64,000 nt of DNA from Tubulanus polymorphus (Eukaryota; Animalia; Nemertea): positions 31,220,150-31,284,149 of the forward strand of contig NC_134026.1 of the NCBI RefSeq assembly GCF_964204645.1. The letters are read 5' to 3'. The position numbers and the translations under genes are program-made. The notes below the pieces were generated by a model that worked only from the letters and a program-made list of their open reading frames with translations, searched no databases and was not told the origin of the DNA. This document shows positions 37,331 through 50,313 of this stretch, one piece after another; position 1 is the stretch's first letter; every line of letters begins with the position of its first letter.

Positions 37331-37949
37331 TTTAAATCGAGCAGCACAAACTCCAAAATACACGTTATAAACTCGTGTTACACAACATCCGATCCTTTAC
37401 AGCATGTTATAAACAAACATTTTAAACAGTTTTCAATTTGTCACAAACAGAAATCACACTCAACACATACAGCCAGCGTCAGGCACTCGCTCGCTCGCTG
37501 GTTTTACTGGGATCGCGCAGACGTGTATGATTAATTAACTTCCATGTCATGATTTAATTACGAGTCTCTCTAGCGCTGGTCACCTTCGCGTTAACTCCGA
37601 TCATACCGCTACATTCAACCATAAAACGGGCAACAAAACAAACCCTAAACCAACCGTTTGTTACCGCCGCATATTTGCACTGTTGTCCTTAACGCTTCGA
37701 TGAATTCTTTAAACATTGATTAATATCAAATTTATATTCAAAACAGTTCAGTTCATTCATATATAATTAACTATTAGAATCATTATGGATTAACACGATA
37801 ATCCCAGTGGATTAACATAATCCTAGTGGATTAAACATGAAAATCCGAGCGGATAACTACAATCCTAATGGATTAACACCGGATTATGATAATTTGTAAA
37901 ATAATCTGCGTTTTATCGAACTAATGCTCGTATGGTTGTTACAATCAGT

Positions 37950-38095
37950 GCAGCTCGCAGGTCGCAGGGTCCGGCGCATACCTTCACCTCACCCCTCCAG
38001 TCCAGCTCGCAGGGTCCGGCGCATACCTTCACCTCACCCCTCCAGTCCAGCTCGCAGGTCGCAGGGTCCGGCGCATACCTTCACCTCACCCTCTC
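37950..38095. repeat. ~42-bp tandem repeat x3
   Basis: cgcagggtccggcgcataccttcacctcacccctccagtccagct. Confidence 0.85.
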
Positions 38096-38452
38096 CGTGT
38101 AGGTGAGGTACTGAATATTTCATACTGAGACCACTAGGGATTTTATACAAGATCTGTGTGTCTCATTATATATTTATCTCATTATCTTTACTTTGATAAC
38201 TTCGGCCAAATCTGATACAGAATATTAAACTCTGCAATCAGGGGTCAGTTACTCAGATAAGTCCACTAAAGTTGGGTTGAAGTGTTAACCAGTGTATAAC
38301 TGACGCGACTGTGTTGATATATTTATCACACAGTTGAGTCTTTTATTCTGATATTATGAAATCATAAACTGCACCATAAATTGAAATCCACCTTAACGTA
38401 TTACAACAAAAGTTAAAGAAAAACACGTTGGTAGCAATACCATTCTTCCAAT

Positions 38453-38800
38453 GGGTCACTGGGTCTGGTTAACTGGGTCTGGTTCACTGGGTCTGGTTAA
38501 CTGGGTCTGGTTCACTAGGCCCAGGTCACTGGGTCTGGTTCACTGGGCCCGGGTCACTGGGTCTGGTTCACTGGGCCCGGGTCACAGGCATTTTCTGTAC
38601 TGGATAAAAGATAATTGAAAACTTACCAATTTGATGAAGCGCGATTTGAAATCATCATTGATTGAGGTTTCTGTTGACTACACAGCGCTCGGGCTACAAT
38701 CAGTGCCCTACCAGTTTCTGTTGACTACACAGCGCTCAGCTACAATCAGCTCCCTACCAGTTTCTGTTGACTACACAGCGCCCGGGCTACAATCAGCGTC
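38453..38800. repeat. Two adjacent small tandem arrays (15-bp ctgggtctggttca-type; ~46-bp gtttctgttgactacacagcgc x3)
   Basis: Directly visible. Confidence 0.8.
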
Positions 38801-39383
38801 CAACTGAAATAACACAACAACTGAAATCAAAGTCTAGTTTTCAATCAACTCATCATAGAATATCACAATGTTTTACCTGAAAATTATACAACTATCAATT
38901 GAACCCGGAAAATCTGTTCGTTATAAACCGATAGTTCATTATATCCAGTATGAAACTAATCAAATTGTCTTTAATTTGGGATGAAATGTTTTGTAAAATC
39001 CGATAAATGGTTATATATCCGAGTTCGTTCCGACACAGGGAGGTTCGGCTGCAGTTCAAAACAGACTACTGTAAATACATAGTGAGAAGATTAGTTTTAA
39101 TGAGTTATGTATCCATTAATGATGATATAAATGAATGGAGCGATGACAGCTCCAGCGCTCCGACCAACGCCTGCTTGTATTATATCACAACATTAGAACA
39201 TGTAGTCGATTGATCCATTAGTAACAGAGTCTAATATAAAACAAACCCTTCGAGCGACTATAATTAATATTGTTTACTTTTCTTCATCATTCCTTCAGAA
39301 AATTCCATTTACTCATTAGAAAAAAAAATAGCCCCAATACGTATGTTATCATAGTAAATACGCATTAGTCTCACTACATACGA

Positions 39384-40224
39384 CCTGTACCGGTGATATA
39401 GTTGAATACTGATCCTGTACCGGTGATATAGTTGAATACTGATCCTGTACCGGTGATATAGTTGAATACTGATCCTGTACCGGTGATAAAGTTGAATACT
39501 GATCCTGTACCGGTGATATAGTTGAATACTGATCTTGTACCGGTGATATAGTTGAATACTGATCCTGTACCGGTGATAAAGTTGAATACTGATCCTGTAC
39601 CGGTGATATAGTTGAATACTGATCCTGTACCGGTGATATAGTTGAATACTGATCTTGTACCGGTGATATAGTTGAATACTGATCCTGTACCGGTGATATA
39701 GTTGAATACTGATCCTGTACCGGTGATATAGTTGAATACTGATCCTGTACCGGTGATATAGTTGAATACTGATCCTGTACCGGTGATATAGTTGAATACT
39801 GATCCTGTACCGGTGATATAGTTGAATACTGATCCTGTACCGGTGATATAGTTGAATACTGATCCTGTACCGGTGATATAGTTGAATACTGATCCTGTAC
39901 CGGTGATATAGTTGAATACTGATCCTGTACCGGTGATATAGTTGAATACTGATCCTGTACCGGTGATATAGTTGAATACTGATCCTGTACCGGTGATATA
40001 GTTGAATACTGATCCTGTACCGGTGATATAGTTGAATACTGATCCTGTACCGGTGATATAGTTGAATACTGATCCTGTACCGGTGATATAGTTGAATACT
40101 GATCCTGTACCGGTGATATAGTTGAATACTGATCCTGTACCGGTGATATAGTTGAATACTGATCCTGTACCGGTGATATAGTTGAATACTGATCCTGTAC
40201 CGGTGATATAGTTGAATACTGATC
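39384..40224. repeat. 30-bp near-perfect tandem repeat, ~28 copies
   Basis: cctgtaccggtgatatagttgaatactgat. Confidence 0.97.
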
Positions 40225-41554
40225 TCTCATCGAGCAGAAACAGAAGATGAAATATTTAATAACAAATAATCAATAAATGTGTGAGAATAAATGATCGTCT
40301 TACATTCATTTCAATTAAATATCAATCCGTAATATTCAGTTCTATTCAACATTTAATCCATGAGACACTAAAACAATAAGTCACACTCCGGTGTAAGTCA
40401 TCATCTAGATAAGTCGTCATCTTACTTTTAAGTTGTACAACTTCAAGGATGTGATGATTATCTACGCTTTGATCGAGTTCAACTCTATTAATGAACGTAA
40501 TGAGAAAAGATTTGAAATATACAGTTAAACTTTTAAGACATCAAATAGATTTACTGTTTCAATTCAGAGTGGAATGAAAAGATTTTCCCACAAATGAATG
40601 AGAATTTTCACGAGTCAAGATTTCGTGAGAATTTTCACAGTAGTTTAATTACTTTGAACCCGAAGAACTCGTTTTATTTGCACGTGTGCGTTGTTTGTCT
40701 AGTCATGAATTAAATATCACTCTCTCAAGGTTGATAAAGTAAAAGTTGAAATTTCAAAATGTTCACATCTGAGCTCAGTACTGATTATTGGGAGTCCATC
40801 CGATGAGGTTGTTCAGGTGCATTGGAAGCAATTTTTGATTGCTGCGACCAATTGACGATTTTTGACAGGTTCTAATAATTTATGTTGCCGTGTCGAAAAC
40901 AAAACGTCATTTAGTAAATTACTGCAGTCTTTGCTGTGGTTCCAACACTGCTGTTGATTTTTGCTATGCACAAATAAACTTCAGGCGAAGCTGAATGAAT
41001 TTCTTAATGACTGATGCTAATAACAAACAGTAGGAACCATTTCTAAAGTTTAAAATTTGATTCTTGGGTCTTTGACATTCTGAACTTGTTTCTTGAGTTT
41101 AACCCCATCAACTAAAGAATCAATTATTTATATCCAAGTAGAACTATAGTAATCCAACGTCATAGTATTTTACCGAGAATTCATTTTCTTGTCTTATGTG
41201 ATTCATTCTTTATATTTAAACATGTCAATAAATAGGGCCTACATACATGCATTAGACTGAACCCCTAAACATAAGACAAGAAAATAAATTCCAAACATGA
41301 AATAGTTTAAATATTAACAACATAAATCACATAATTCTCACACTTTTCATACATAGGCCCTAAATCAAACATCAATTTAATATTGTATGAAATATTTCTA
41401 GACCTGTAAATATCAACTATATTTGAACTTTCTCAAAATCAATGTTTAAAGTCTATGGAATTATCTAGTTAAAAGATGTAAATAGGGCAGCCACAGACAG
41501 TGAGGACAAATATTTTGATATAAACAAACACAGACGCCACAAACAACATGTGAT

Positions 41555-41765
41555 CATGTGATGATTGGTCTAAAGCTCTGGTCATCTCATTTGAATACAC
41601 ACGCCACTCCTAGTCCTAGGGTGACCTTGTGGCTGACTAACCCTAACCCTAGAATTGTTAGTGATTGGTCTATAGAGAACAGGAACAACAACCCTGCGCC
41701 ACGTGTGTGACCGTGGGGCGGGCCGCGCCCAGCACGACACACCTGATTGGTCAAGAGCTGATGTA
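41555..41765. promoter_or_regulatory. Promoter-like cluster: three TGATTGGTC (CCAAT) boxes, a GC box and an E-box
   Basis: tgattggtc at ~41562, ~41662 and ~41744; gggcggg ~41717; cacgtg ~41700. Target gene not determined. Confidence 0.4.
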
Positions 41766-44073
41766 AACAAACTGGTTACCCAGTCAAAATAGATTTACTT
41801 CTGTCAAAAAAAAAAACAAATTTACCTGCCTCAGATTGTAGAATCAATTATAAATCACGTGCAAACGAATGATATTCAAGAACGAATTTGACGTTCCGCT
41901 TTGTGGTGATGACATTTGAATATTTCCGCATCCACATTGACCTTCAACTCGCCTGCCACAGCACGACAAAAGTCAGTTCGAATCCTGAATAAACTGTAGA
42001 AATATTCCATCGCCAGCGCATCATCTTCCGCCATCTAACGGAATAGAATGGGTTCGATTCAATCATCCTCGCTTACCAGGGCATGTTACTCGTGCCGTTC
42101 AGCCTTCGAAAGCTGTTAGCTTGACTGCAAGCATCAGTACGGGCTATAACCATGGTGGCATCACGAATTAAAGGTCCCATTGATCAAGTTCCAAGAAGAT
42201 CCCACCCCGCCCCGATGCTAGGCCACTCCCGGAGCAGCTTTTCCAGCCATGCGGCCAGAAATTCCAAATTTGGACCATGGGCCTTGTGAATATAAATCAA
42301 ATTTTTGAAGCGACGAGGATGGAGTCGTCTGAGGTTGAATGCTCCGCTGTTGTATTTCTAATCCATTTCTTCTTCAGCTTGGAACAAATCGTTTCAGCAG
42401 ATTGGAGGAAATCATCTGAGACGCGAAGAACGAAACCTCAATTTGAAAAAAAAGAAAGCGAAATAAGAAACCGATTTTGAACAAAATAATTACAACTTTT
42501 CTACTTTATTTACTTGAAATCTTTCCGAGGATTTTTTTTTTATATCAGAAGATTTGAGAATATACTTATATATATACAACATAGCGATGATTAAACTGTA
42601 TTTGAATTTATTCAAACGCAGATCTCACCATGCACAGTGATCAGTAGCGGAAAATAGGAACAATTCGGAAATTTCTGCAGACAGACAGACACACAAACAA
42701 AACATCTTTATTCCAGAGCTTTGAGCGAATCTATGGGTCCAGTTCCACAGTCAGGCCAGTCTAAGCACATTTTCGTTCTATAATCTAGAACTTAAGACCA
42801 GTCTAAGACCATTTCGAAAGTCTTAAGACCAGTCTTGTGATTTAAGACCACTTTTCGAGTTAAAACTCTAGCGCCCATTTGCACAGTCTCGGCTTAGATT
42901 TAAGACCAGTCGAAGATCATTTAAGTTCTATATCCGCCAAAGACCAGTCTTAAGATATCAGACCAAGTCACAATTGTGCAACTGGTCTCTTACAACCCGG
43001 TTTCACAAGCCATGACCGCGTAACTGGGACCTCCTGTAGATTATCTGAATAATAAACCCATCATTGAAAGCATCAAAGATTCATTAAGTCTATAGATACA
43101 GTTTTTCTTATGAATTATTGATTTACAGATTATCGATAAAAATCCGACAAAAATGGATTTCACGACCGATAAATGATAAATGGCAAGACAAAGGATCTCA
43201 CATCTCAAGAACGGTATCACACTTATCCTAGTGATTTACAAATATTTAATGCTATATCAAAATGATGCCACTTTATGAAGTTACACCGATTACATCTATT
43301 TACACAAAAACAGGAATTCGTGTCCATTTTCCCAGTCATAAATGCGAGAGATATTTGTGAACATTATCATCGTTTCATTATAGTTCGTTCGCAAATAATA
43401 CTCCGTATGTTTATATATATAATATATGTACAAGTATTTGCACTTGAAATGAAACATTTTGAAATATAGTTATTTTTTCTTGAATATTTATGAATTATGC
43501 TTGCGTAGGACTGACTGTTCCTCGTGGGGGAAAAACAACGGCTAATAATGAATTAAACATGTTTACGATTAGCTTAATGAACGCATTTAGGAACAAGCGC
43601 CGTTTTTTAATAATTTGAATAATTTGAGTTTTAATTGAATTGAAAAGAGAAAACGTCTAATTGATTTATGGTTTATAGTCTGTTATAAATTACTGCGAAT
43701 AATCTTGTGAATTACATGTAAAACGTTATATTTCATCATCAGTATTTTCTGTGTCGAATATTCAAATTGCCTGAAGCAAATTTCATACGTTATATTTCAT
43801 AAATTTATTATTCTTTGACATGGCTTGCTTTATGTTTAAATACGGCGGAACTTCGTTACAACGGACTACACGATCCAGTTGTACAGTTCTAAGTTATAAC
43901 GCTTGAGTTTAAATTAGTTCATTTTCGATGTTTTAAATCGGAGTCAAATCCTAACTCAGAATTGTGGAACTAGGAACAAGGGACCAGAAAATATCTTCGT
44001 TATAACTGATAGATCTATATACAGTTGAACCTCGTTACAACGAACTCCAGGACACCAGAAAATATGTTCGTTA

Positions 44074-44295
44074 GGCTAAACAAAAATGATACCTTGTTTC
44101 TCCGCAGCGGCCGGGTCATTTTTGTAAAATATGATAAAATTTATAAACAGTTCATTTCTATAGCGGCCGGGTCTGTTATGGTAAAATTGATCACGATTTT
44201 TAAAAAAAGTAATGTATAGGGTAGATAGGCGGCCGGCCGGGTCAACATTTAAGCTCAGCAGAGCAGAGAAACAAGGTATCAATTTTTTTTTAGCC
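44074..44295. mobile_element. Second copy of the Harbinger-type MITE, TTA TSD, inserted into a ~70-bp tandem repeat
   Basis: ttcg-tta|GGCTAAAC...TAGCC|tta-taactg; neighbouring repeat units show the empty site ttcgttataac (43997, 44363). Confidence 0.92.
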
Positions 44296-45918
44296 TTATA
44301 ACTGATAGATCTATATACAGTTGAACCTCATTACAACGAACTTCAGGAGACCAGAAAATCTGTTCGTTATAACCGATAGATCTATATACAGTTGAACCTT
44401 GTTACAACGAACACAGGAAATCCGTTCGTTATTATGATTCATACAGTTTGAAATTACTGAAATTGTCCTGTTTGGGATGAAATTCGAGGTCCCTATACTC
44501 GACCAAGGTCGTTATAACAAGGATTCCTTGTACATTGTAGTAAGTATATCATGTGTATGTATGAAATATAATGAGTGGAGACATCTCGACAGGTTCCCGC
44601 TGAAAACGTACATTCCAGTTACTACCGCGATCATTACACACAAACATTAATTAAAATATAAAAATCCTACAATTATAAATTGATATAGAAATCATTTTAT
44701 TCTAGTCAAACGAACCGACGAAGGACCCGAAATATTTCTGTATTTTCAATCGATTTTTTGATCAATGAAATCTTCATTCATAATTGTAGAACTTTTACAT
44801 GACATTTTAAATCACGGATATCACGTGATGATTACGAGTAATAATATATTCTATAAACAGAAAATAATCATTTAAATCTATTCATAAAACACATTCTAAA
44901 ACGTAATTAAAAACTCGTATTCTAACGCAGTGTAATTAGCTACAATTAGATGAGTAGCTTTTGACATCAAAAATACCTTGGCAGAAATAGATTCGTTCTG
45001 GTGCTAAAACATCTACACTGCATTCACTTCGTGACTTGTATCGATCGAGTTGAGTTCTTGCGTTCCAAAATATAGATTATTCGAATACCAGCGGAGTAAG
45101 ATGAGTAAATATACGTATAGCTTTTGAATGTCATCGGTGTTATGATGTAAGCTGGAATTAACCGAACCTTCTCATTACTGAGCTGAACCCACAGGCTAAA
45201 GAATCATTGAACTCGGCGGCACGTGCGCGCATACGACAGACCCCGAGTACTCGGTATCGATCACAGTTCGTATTCGAAGTACAATTTATGTTCTAGAAAA
45301 GACAATAATATTTTAGTAGAAATTCGTATAATGGACATCCGTTCAAATCGTCAGGTGAAATTAAAGCCTTAAAAAAACATTTCAACAAAAACAAATAAAT
45401 AATTACAAATTAAAACCAACTCAGAAAAAATCGGTAACCGACTCGAAGTCTTTTAGAGTTTCGTAAGAAAATATCACAAATTATGATTATATTTCGCCCT
45501 TCCAGAACTGATTAAAATTAAATCTCTTTTTTGGTCGAATTCCGTTTGATTAAACTCATAGATCCCGAGTCGAATAAACTCTTTGTTACAATCAGATTCC
45601 TGAACTCAGTTTTACAGCTGTGAGAAACAGTTAACTCTTGAGTCAAAATCATTTCATTTTTTAACTCCAACTCAGGACTGTGGGACCAAGTTTCATAGTT
45701 GTGAGTTCAGTATGAGATTAATTCACCTCCAATGTTTAAACTCTGAGTGAACTCGCAACTGTGGAACTGGATCCAGTTCTGCAATTGTGAATAAAGTTTT
45801 AAATTAGTTCATTTCAGAATCTGAAGCCCGAATTCTAACCCGGCACGTCACTGACTGTGTAATCGCGTGCTGGAATTCTACGAGTTGAAATGATTAATGT
45901 TTTCTGTAGTAAGTGAAA

Positions 45919-47010
45919 TTAAGGCCAGTCGATATAAGTTCCTGTCATTTCGAAGAATCTTTCGTTGTGGGGTCGGAAGAAATTGTTAAGTTTTTCCATC
46001 ACTTCAGGATGAACTCGGGGATGTTTGCGCCCTTTCCCCGTGCCCAAACAATGGTCCTGTCCTTCGTTACGCATACAATAAAATCCTTTCGTTTCGTTAA
46101 AGTAGAAATTCTCTCTCGTAATTCTATGCGCCAATCCGAGAAACTTCTCTACGCGTTTTATCTGCGGAATCGGGTTCCGAATGAGTTCGTCACCGTCGAC
46201 GATCAGAACCTGACTGGCTGGAAATATCTCCAACCATCGCTCCATGTGACGATGATAGATACTAGTCCTGATAGCTTTTAAATGTAGATTCACCTTCCCA
46301 GTCACCTGATCGATGGCTAATTGCTCAAAACTTTGATGACTTTTATTTCTGGCGAGTTTATTATAGTGAATTTGAGTGTAGTCGCTGATCGTTCGAACTG
46401 TCGGGTTACGGACGATCAATAGCAGTTTGATACTACTGTTCATGGCGTATATCCTCTGCGGCACCTCCTCCGTGATGAAATAAGCCGGACTCTTTTCGAT
46501 GGTTACCTGGTGCGGGAAAGAATACGGCATCCGTTTGCGATACCAATCCAAACCGTATTTATAATTGTCATCGTTATCGAAAAAATGAATTTCCTCCATG
46601 GCTGCGTTCACATCCGGGTGTAAGTTCAAAAATTCCAACAATGCGCGCGTTCCGCATTTTCGAACGCCGATAACAATGCATTGCGGTAACCGTCGCTTAG
46701 TACCGCGAATATGCAAATTAGTCGGCTGCTGTTTCGTGTGATCGGATTTAGACGAGTGTTTTAGCGAATTTTGATCGGAACTAAGGCAGAGGAATGGTTG
46801 ACCTAAAATACTGGCGTACATGAGTCGAGCGAATATTGATAGAATGATAAAAAAGCAAATGGCCGCTATGACGATTAGTCCACTTCGTCCGCATTTCCGT
46901 TTGACGATAGGCGGCGCTCTAAAATCCACATCCACCAGGCTGTCGTCTGAGGCGGTCAATGCGCGGTGTTTCTGTTTTTGATTTAACAGCGGGGCTTTGG
47001 CCACAGTCAT
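45919..47010 (-). CDS. HS3ST5: Heparan sulfate glucosamine 3-O-sulfotransferase (HS3ST1/HS3ST5-like), type II membrane protein, single coding exon
   Basis: TM segment LIVIAAICFFIILSIFA; 5'-PSB motif IIGVRKCGTRALL-type (IVIGVRKCGTRALLEFL); EEIHFFD, EKSPAYF, RNPTVRTISDY, KGFYC...CLGTGKGRKHP. Acceptor tttacag at 47019 implies a 5'-UTR intron. The exact paralog label is uncertain. Confidence 0.93.
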   Translation of the reverse strand: MTVAKAPLLNQKQKHRALTASDDSLVDVDFRAPPIVKRKCGRSGLIVIAAICFFIILSIFARLMYASILGQPFLCLSSDQNSLKHSSKSDHTKQQPTNLHIRGTKRRLPQCIVIGVRKCGTRALLEFLNLHPDVNAAMEEIHFFDNDDNYKYGLDWYRKRMPYSFPHQVTIEKSPAYFITEEVPQRIYAMNSSIKLLLIVRNPTVRTISDYTQIHYNKLARNKSHQSFEQLAIDQVTGKVNLHLKAIRTSIYHRHMERWLEIFPASQVLIVDGDELIRNPIPQIKRVEKFLGLAHRITRENFYFNETKGFYCMRNEGQDHCLGTGKGRKHPRVHPEVMEKLNNFFRPHNERFFEMTGTYIDWP

Positions 47011-47536
47011 TTTTCAATCTGTAAATATATGGAAATAGAATAGATTTAATCATATAGTTAGTTAGTAATGCAGTTGCTGTGGCTCAAAATGGTCAAACAC
47101 GTTTTAGTTATAACAACTGGTAGTTCATGATGCAAATAAAACCATTGAACGCGCGGAGAGGGAGATGGAGAGAGTTGTGTCTCATTCCCGACATAGTGAA
47201 ACGACGAAAAGCGATGAAATCAGAAGAAATCAATTACATGAAATGAAATCTGCGACGTCTCTGTCTGATTCACTTTACGGGGTACAAACATATCGAGTGA
47301 AGGACCCTATATGTTTTCATTGTTACCCGACAGAGAGAAAGACGATTAAAACACAATTGATTTTCATTCGCTTAATTTTAACAGTGTACATTAATTAGAT
47401 TTAATGCGTAAACAGTTTAACAACAGTTTCTCGGCAACTTCAACATCGGCGGGATTTTAACCATTGATGAAACATTCCGAGTCCGTGTTGTATTGAAATC
47501 CCTACACACTGAGAATGAAAACAGTTTGAAATGTTT

Positions 47537-47942
47537 CCTTGAGCTAGTGTAGTTTATTCAACGTTTTGACTTTATCCTAATGTCATCTTCAGGAATACTG
47601 TATTCCTTGAGCTAGTGTAGTTTATTCAACGTTTTGACTTTATCCTAATAGTCATCTTCAGGAATACTGTATTCCTTGAGCTAGTGTAGTTTATTCAATG
47701 TTTCGACTTTATCCTAATAGTCATCTTCAGGAATACTGTATTCCTTGAGCTAGTGTAGTTTATTCAACGTTTCGACTATATCCTAATAGTCATCTTCATG
47801 AATACTGTATTCCTTGAGCTAGTGTAGTTTATTCAACGTTTAGACTTAATCCTAATAGTCATCTTCGGGAATACTGTATTCCTTGAGCTAGTGTAGTTTA
47901 TTCAACGTTTCGACTTTATTCTAATAGTCATCTTCAGGAATA
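47537..47942 (-). repeat. 6 x 69-bp tandem array of minimal hammerhead-ribozyme units (Penelope-like pLTR derived)
   Basis: Unit starts at 47537, 47605, 47674, 47743, 47812, 47881. Minus-strand consensus TATTC-CTGAAGA-T-GACT-ATTAGGATAA-AGTC-GAAA-CG-TT-GAATA-AACTACACTAGCTCAAGGAATACAG. Confidence 0.85.
47899..47942 (-). ncRNA. Intact minimal type I hammerhead ribozyme motif
   Basis: Stem I UAUUC/GAAUA, core CUGAAGA plus an extra U, stem II GACU/AGUC, GAAA, palindromic AACGUU in place of stem III, cleavage triplet GUU. Confidence 0.7.
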
Positions 47943-49391
47943 ATTTTGTAACCTGTAATTCCTGAACCTACGATACAAGATCCCTTCACGTTGAGAATAA
48001 AAAGAGTCGGAAATGTTTATGAACTTATAGTACAGATCATCCTTATAGTTGTGTTCGGGAATATTTGTGTTATAAAAACATATGAGATAAACATGTGTAG
48101 TTCAGAACGATGAGACAAATCTAAACGATATGATTTGAAACAAACTATAGGGGTCGGTCATATACAACATAAAAACACCAGTATTCCCGAAGAGACTTTA
48201 CATAGAATAAACTATCAGTGCCTAAGGAAACTTTTTAGACTTTATCTAAGCACGCAGGGATTTTATATTATCCTGATACCATTCATTCCATTCGATCGAA
48301 CTGTAGCGGCGGCAGCAGCAGCGGCAGCAGCAGCGGCGGCAGCAGCAGCAGCAGCAGCAGTACGAGAGAGGGAGAGATTGAAACCACTGTTACTGCTCAC
48401 TAAAGACAGTTACAGCTGTTTCAGTAATTGACCAGGTGCGCAATAAAGCGATTAACAAACCAGTATTCATTATCTATCCATCTAACTTGAGATGAGTCGG
48501 TGCCTATACACGCGTGAGCGCAATAACTTTTATACAACCTTTATAAACTAACTGTGTACAACATCTTATCCTGTTACACATGATCCGATATCTCCCGTAA
48601 CCATTTCACTGCGTAAGTCAACTCGCCCCGACCATGTGATAGATATAGGATAGATTCTGTCGATAGTAAAATGGTCAGTTGACAACAAATCCACTATACA
48701 CAAATTTAGAAATTTAAAAGCGATTTTTTTAATTAAATAAAAAAATTCAAAATGGAGAAGACAAATCAGGACTCGTATCTATCATCGTCATTTAGAGATC
48801 ATCGTCAGGTGTAAATAATGAATCTGAAGTTTGAATAATGAATAAATCTTACTTGTAAATATTTTAATTCGTACATAGCGGGTTTCACTCATATATACAT
48901 TCTAATCTCGACGCTTGATCTGTTCTCCTAGTTCTCGTAGTTCTAATGGTCAGTATTGTACCTTATTCTAAGTAATAGTATATGCGCAAATCTGTAGTGA
49001 TGTTGGGTGTTCTGTTTACATTACAAGTAATCAGTGTCACAAACAGACAAACAGACGACTGAGTCCAGATGTAAAGTCAAAACATGAGACAAAAGTGTCA
49101 GTTAGTAGTGCTTACAACAGTATTGACCACGTGGTGTGCGCGCTGCCGGTGTGCGCCTGTCGGTATGGGGGGTGCTTGTGTCAGAGATCGTTAGAAACGA
49201 TGCCCGCCGGGTATCATCATCCATAGAATCATCCAGATCTCAATCTGTGTGAATCCAATCAATAAAACAGTGAAATCTTTAAAAGATTTCGTCATTTATG
49301 AAATGTTTACTCAACCTCAGTGAACATAACATCTGCCTAATAAATACATCCAGAATTATAAGATTCATGAACCATGAAACCACAACGTTTC

Positions 49392-49488
49392 GATCCCCAC
49401 CCAGATAGAATGGATCCCCACCCAGACAGAATGGATCCCCACCCAGACAGAATGGATCCCCACCCAGACAGAATGGATCCCCACCCAG
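49392..49488. repeat. 21-bp tandem repeat x~4.5
   Basis: gatccccacccagacagaatg. Confidence 0.9.
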
Positions 49489-50143
49489 AGATGCATCTCC
49501 TCGACGAAATAATCTAATTAATAGACGCTGCACCTGTGACCAGCGAGTTGAAAGAAATGCCAGATTTATGATATATCCACCTTTTTAAAATGCTTTATTT
49601 GCGGAAATTGTCTGAGATTTCGTTTCTTCTCTAAATTAGCGGAAAGCATTAACACAAAAAACAACTGTTTCCGAGTAATTAGTTTTCATGGCTTATTAAC
49701 TTTCTTGTTTTTTCCGGACCATTAACGATAATTATGAGAACTGCACATCAGCACTAATCTGTAGTCTATAGCGGTGTTTGTGTCAACACTTCACAGGCGA
49801 CTGATTCTCCATCGCTCGCAGATGTCTGCCGTCTTCCTGCGCCCGCGCGCGCCCTACACACAACAGTTACTGTAGGAAATTTGACACGATGTTTATAGGC
49901 CACTAAATATACAGGAAAGATCGGCATAAACAACTGTCCGTGATTGGTGAGAAAATAGTTTCAGTTTGTATTCCATTTCTATTTACGTAAAAAAGGGTCA
50001 AAACGATTATTTACATATCAGTATTATATACAAAACTCTTATATTTTCCTCACCGACACAACAACATTTTTGGCCAGTATACGCCCGATGATTGTGGCTA
50101 ATAGTATTTAGCCGAAACGCTGCTCGTAATATATATCATTTTG

Positions 50144-50313
50144 ATAATAAGATAAAAACCCACTATCTACAAATTAAAAGAATTTAACACACCAGACGAT
50201 GATCTCTAGGGTGAGATCCAAACGTCGTGTATTCTATATATTTTAGATTGAATAAATAAATTCTTGTTTTTAAATTCTTTTAATGTGTAGATAGTGGGTT
50301 TTTATCTTATTAT
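50144..50313. repeat. Inverted repeat (~43-bp arms) enclosing a degenerate hammerhead-like motif
   Basis: ataataagataaaaacccactatctac...gtagatagtgggtttttatcttattat; the loop contains cagacga-t-gatctc-tagggt-gagatc-caaacgtc. Confidence 0.75.

Noticed and set aside
39349-40230. 293-aa (QDQYSTISPV)n ORF
   Set aside because: 30-bp satellite lacking stops by chance; no signal peptide or unique domain. Coding cannot be fully excluded without RNA data.
41990-42430. GC-richer segment as a possible exon or pseudogene
   Set aside because: Stops in the frames I examined and no recognisable homology.
45913-46281. 122-aa plus-strand ORF
   Set aside because: Antisense shadow of HS3ST.
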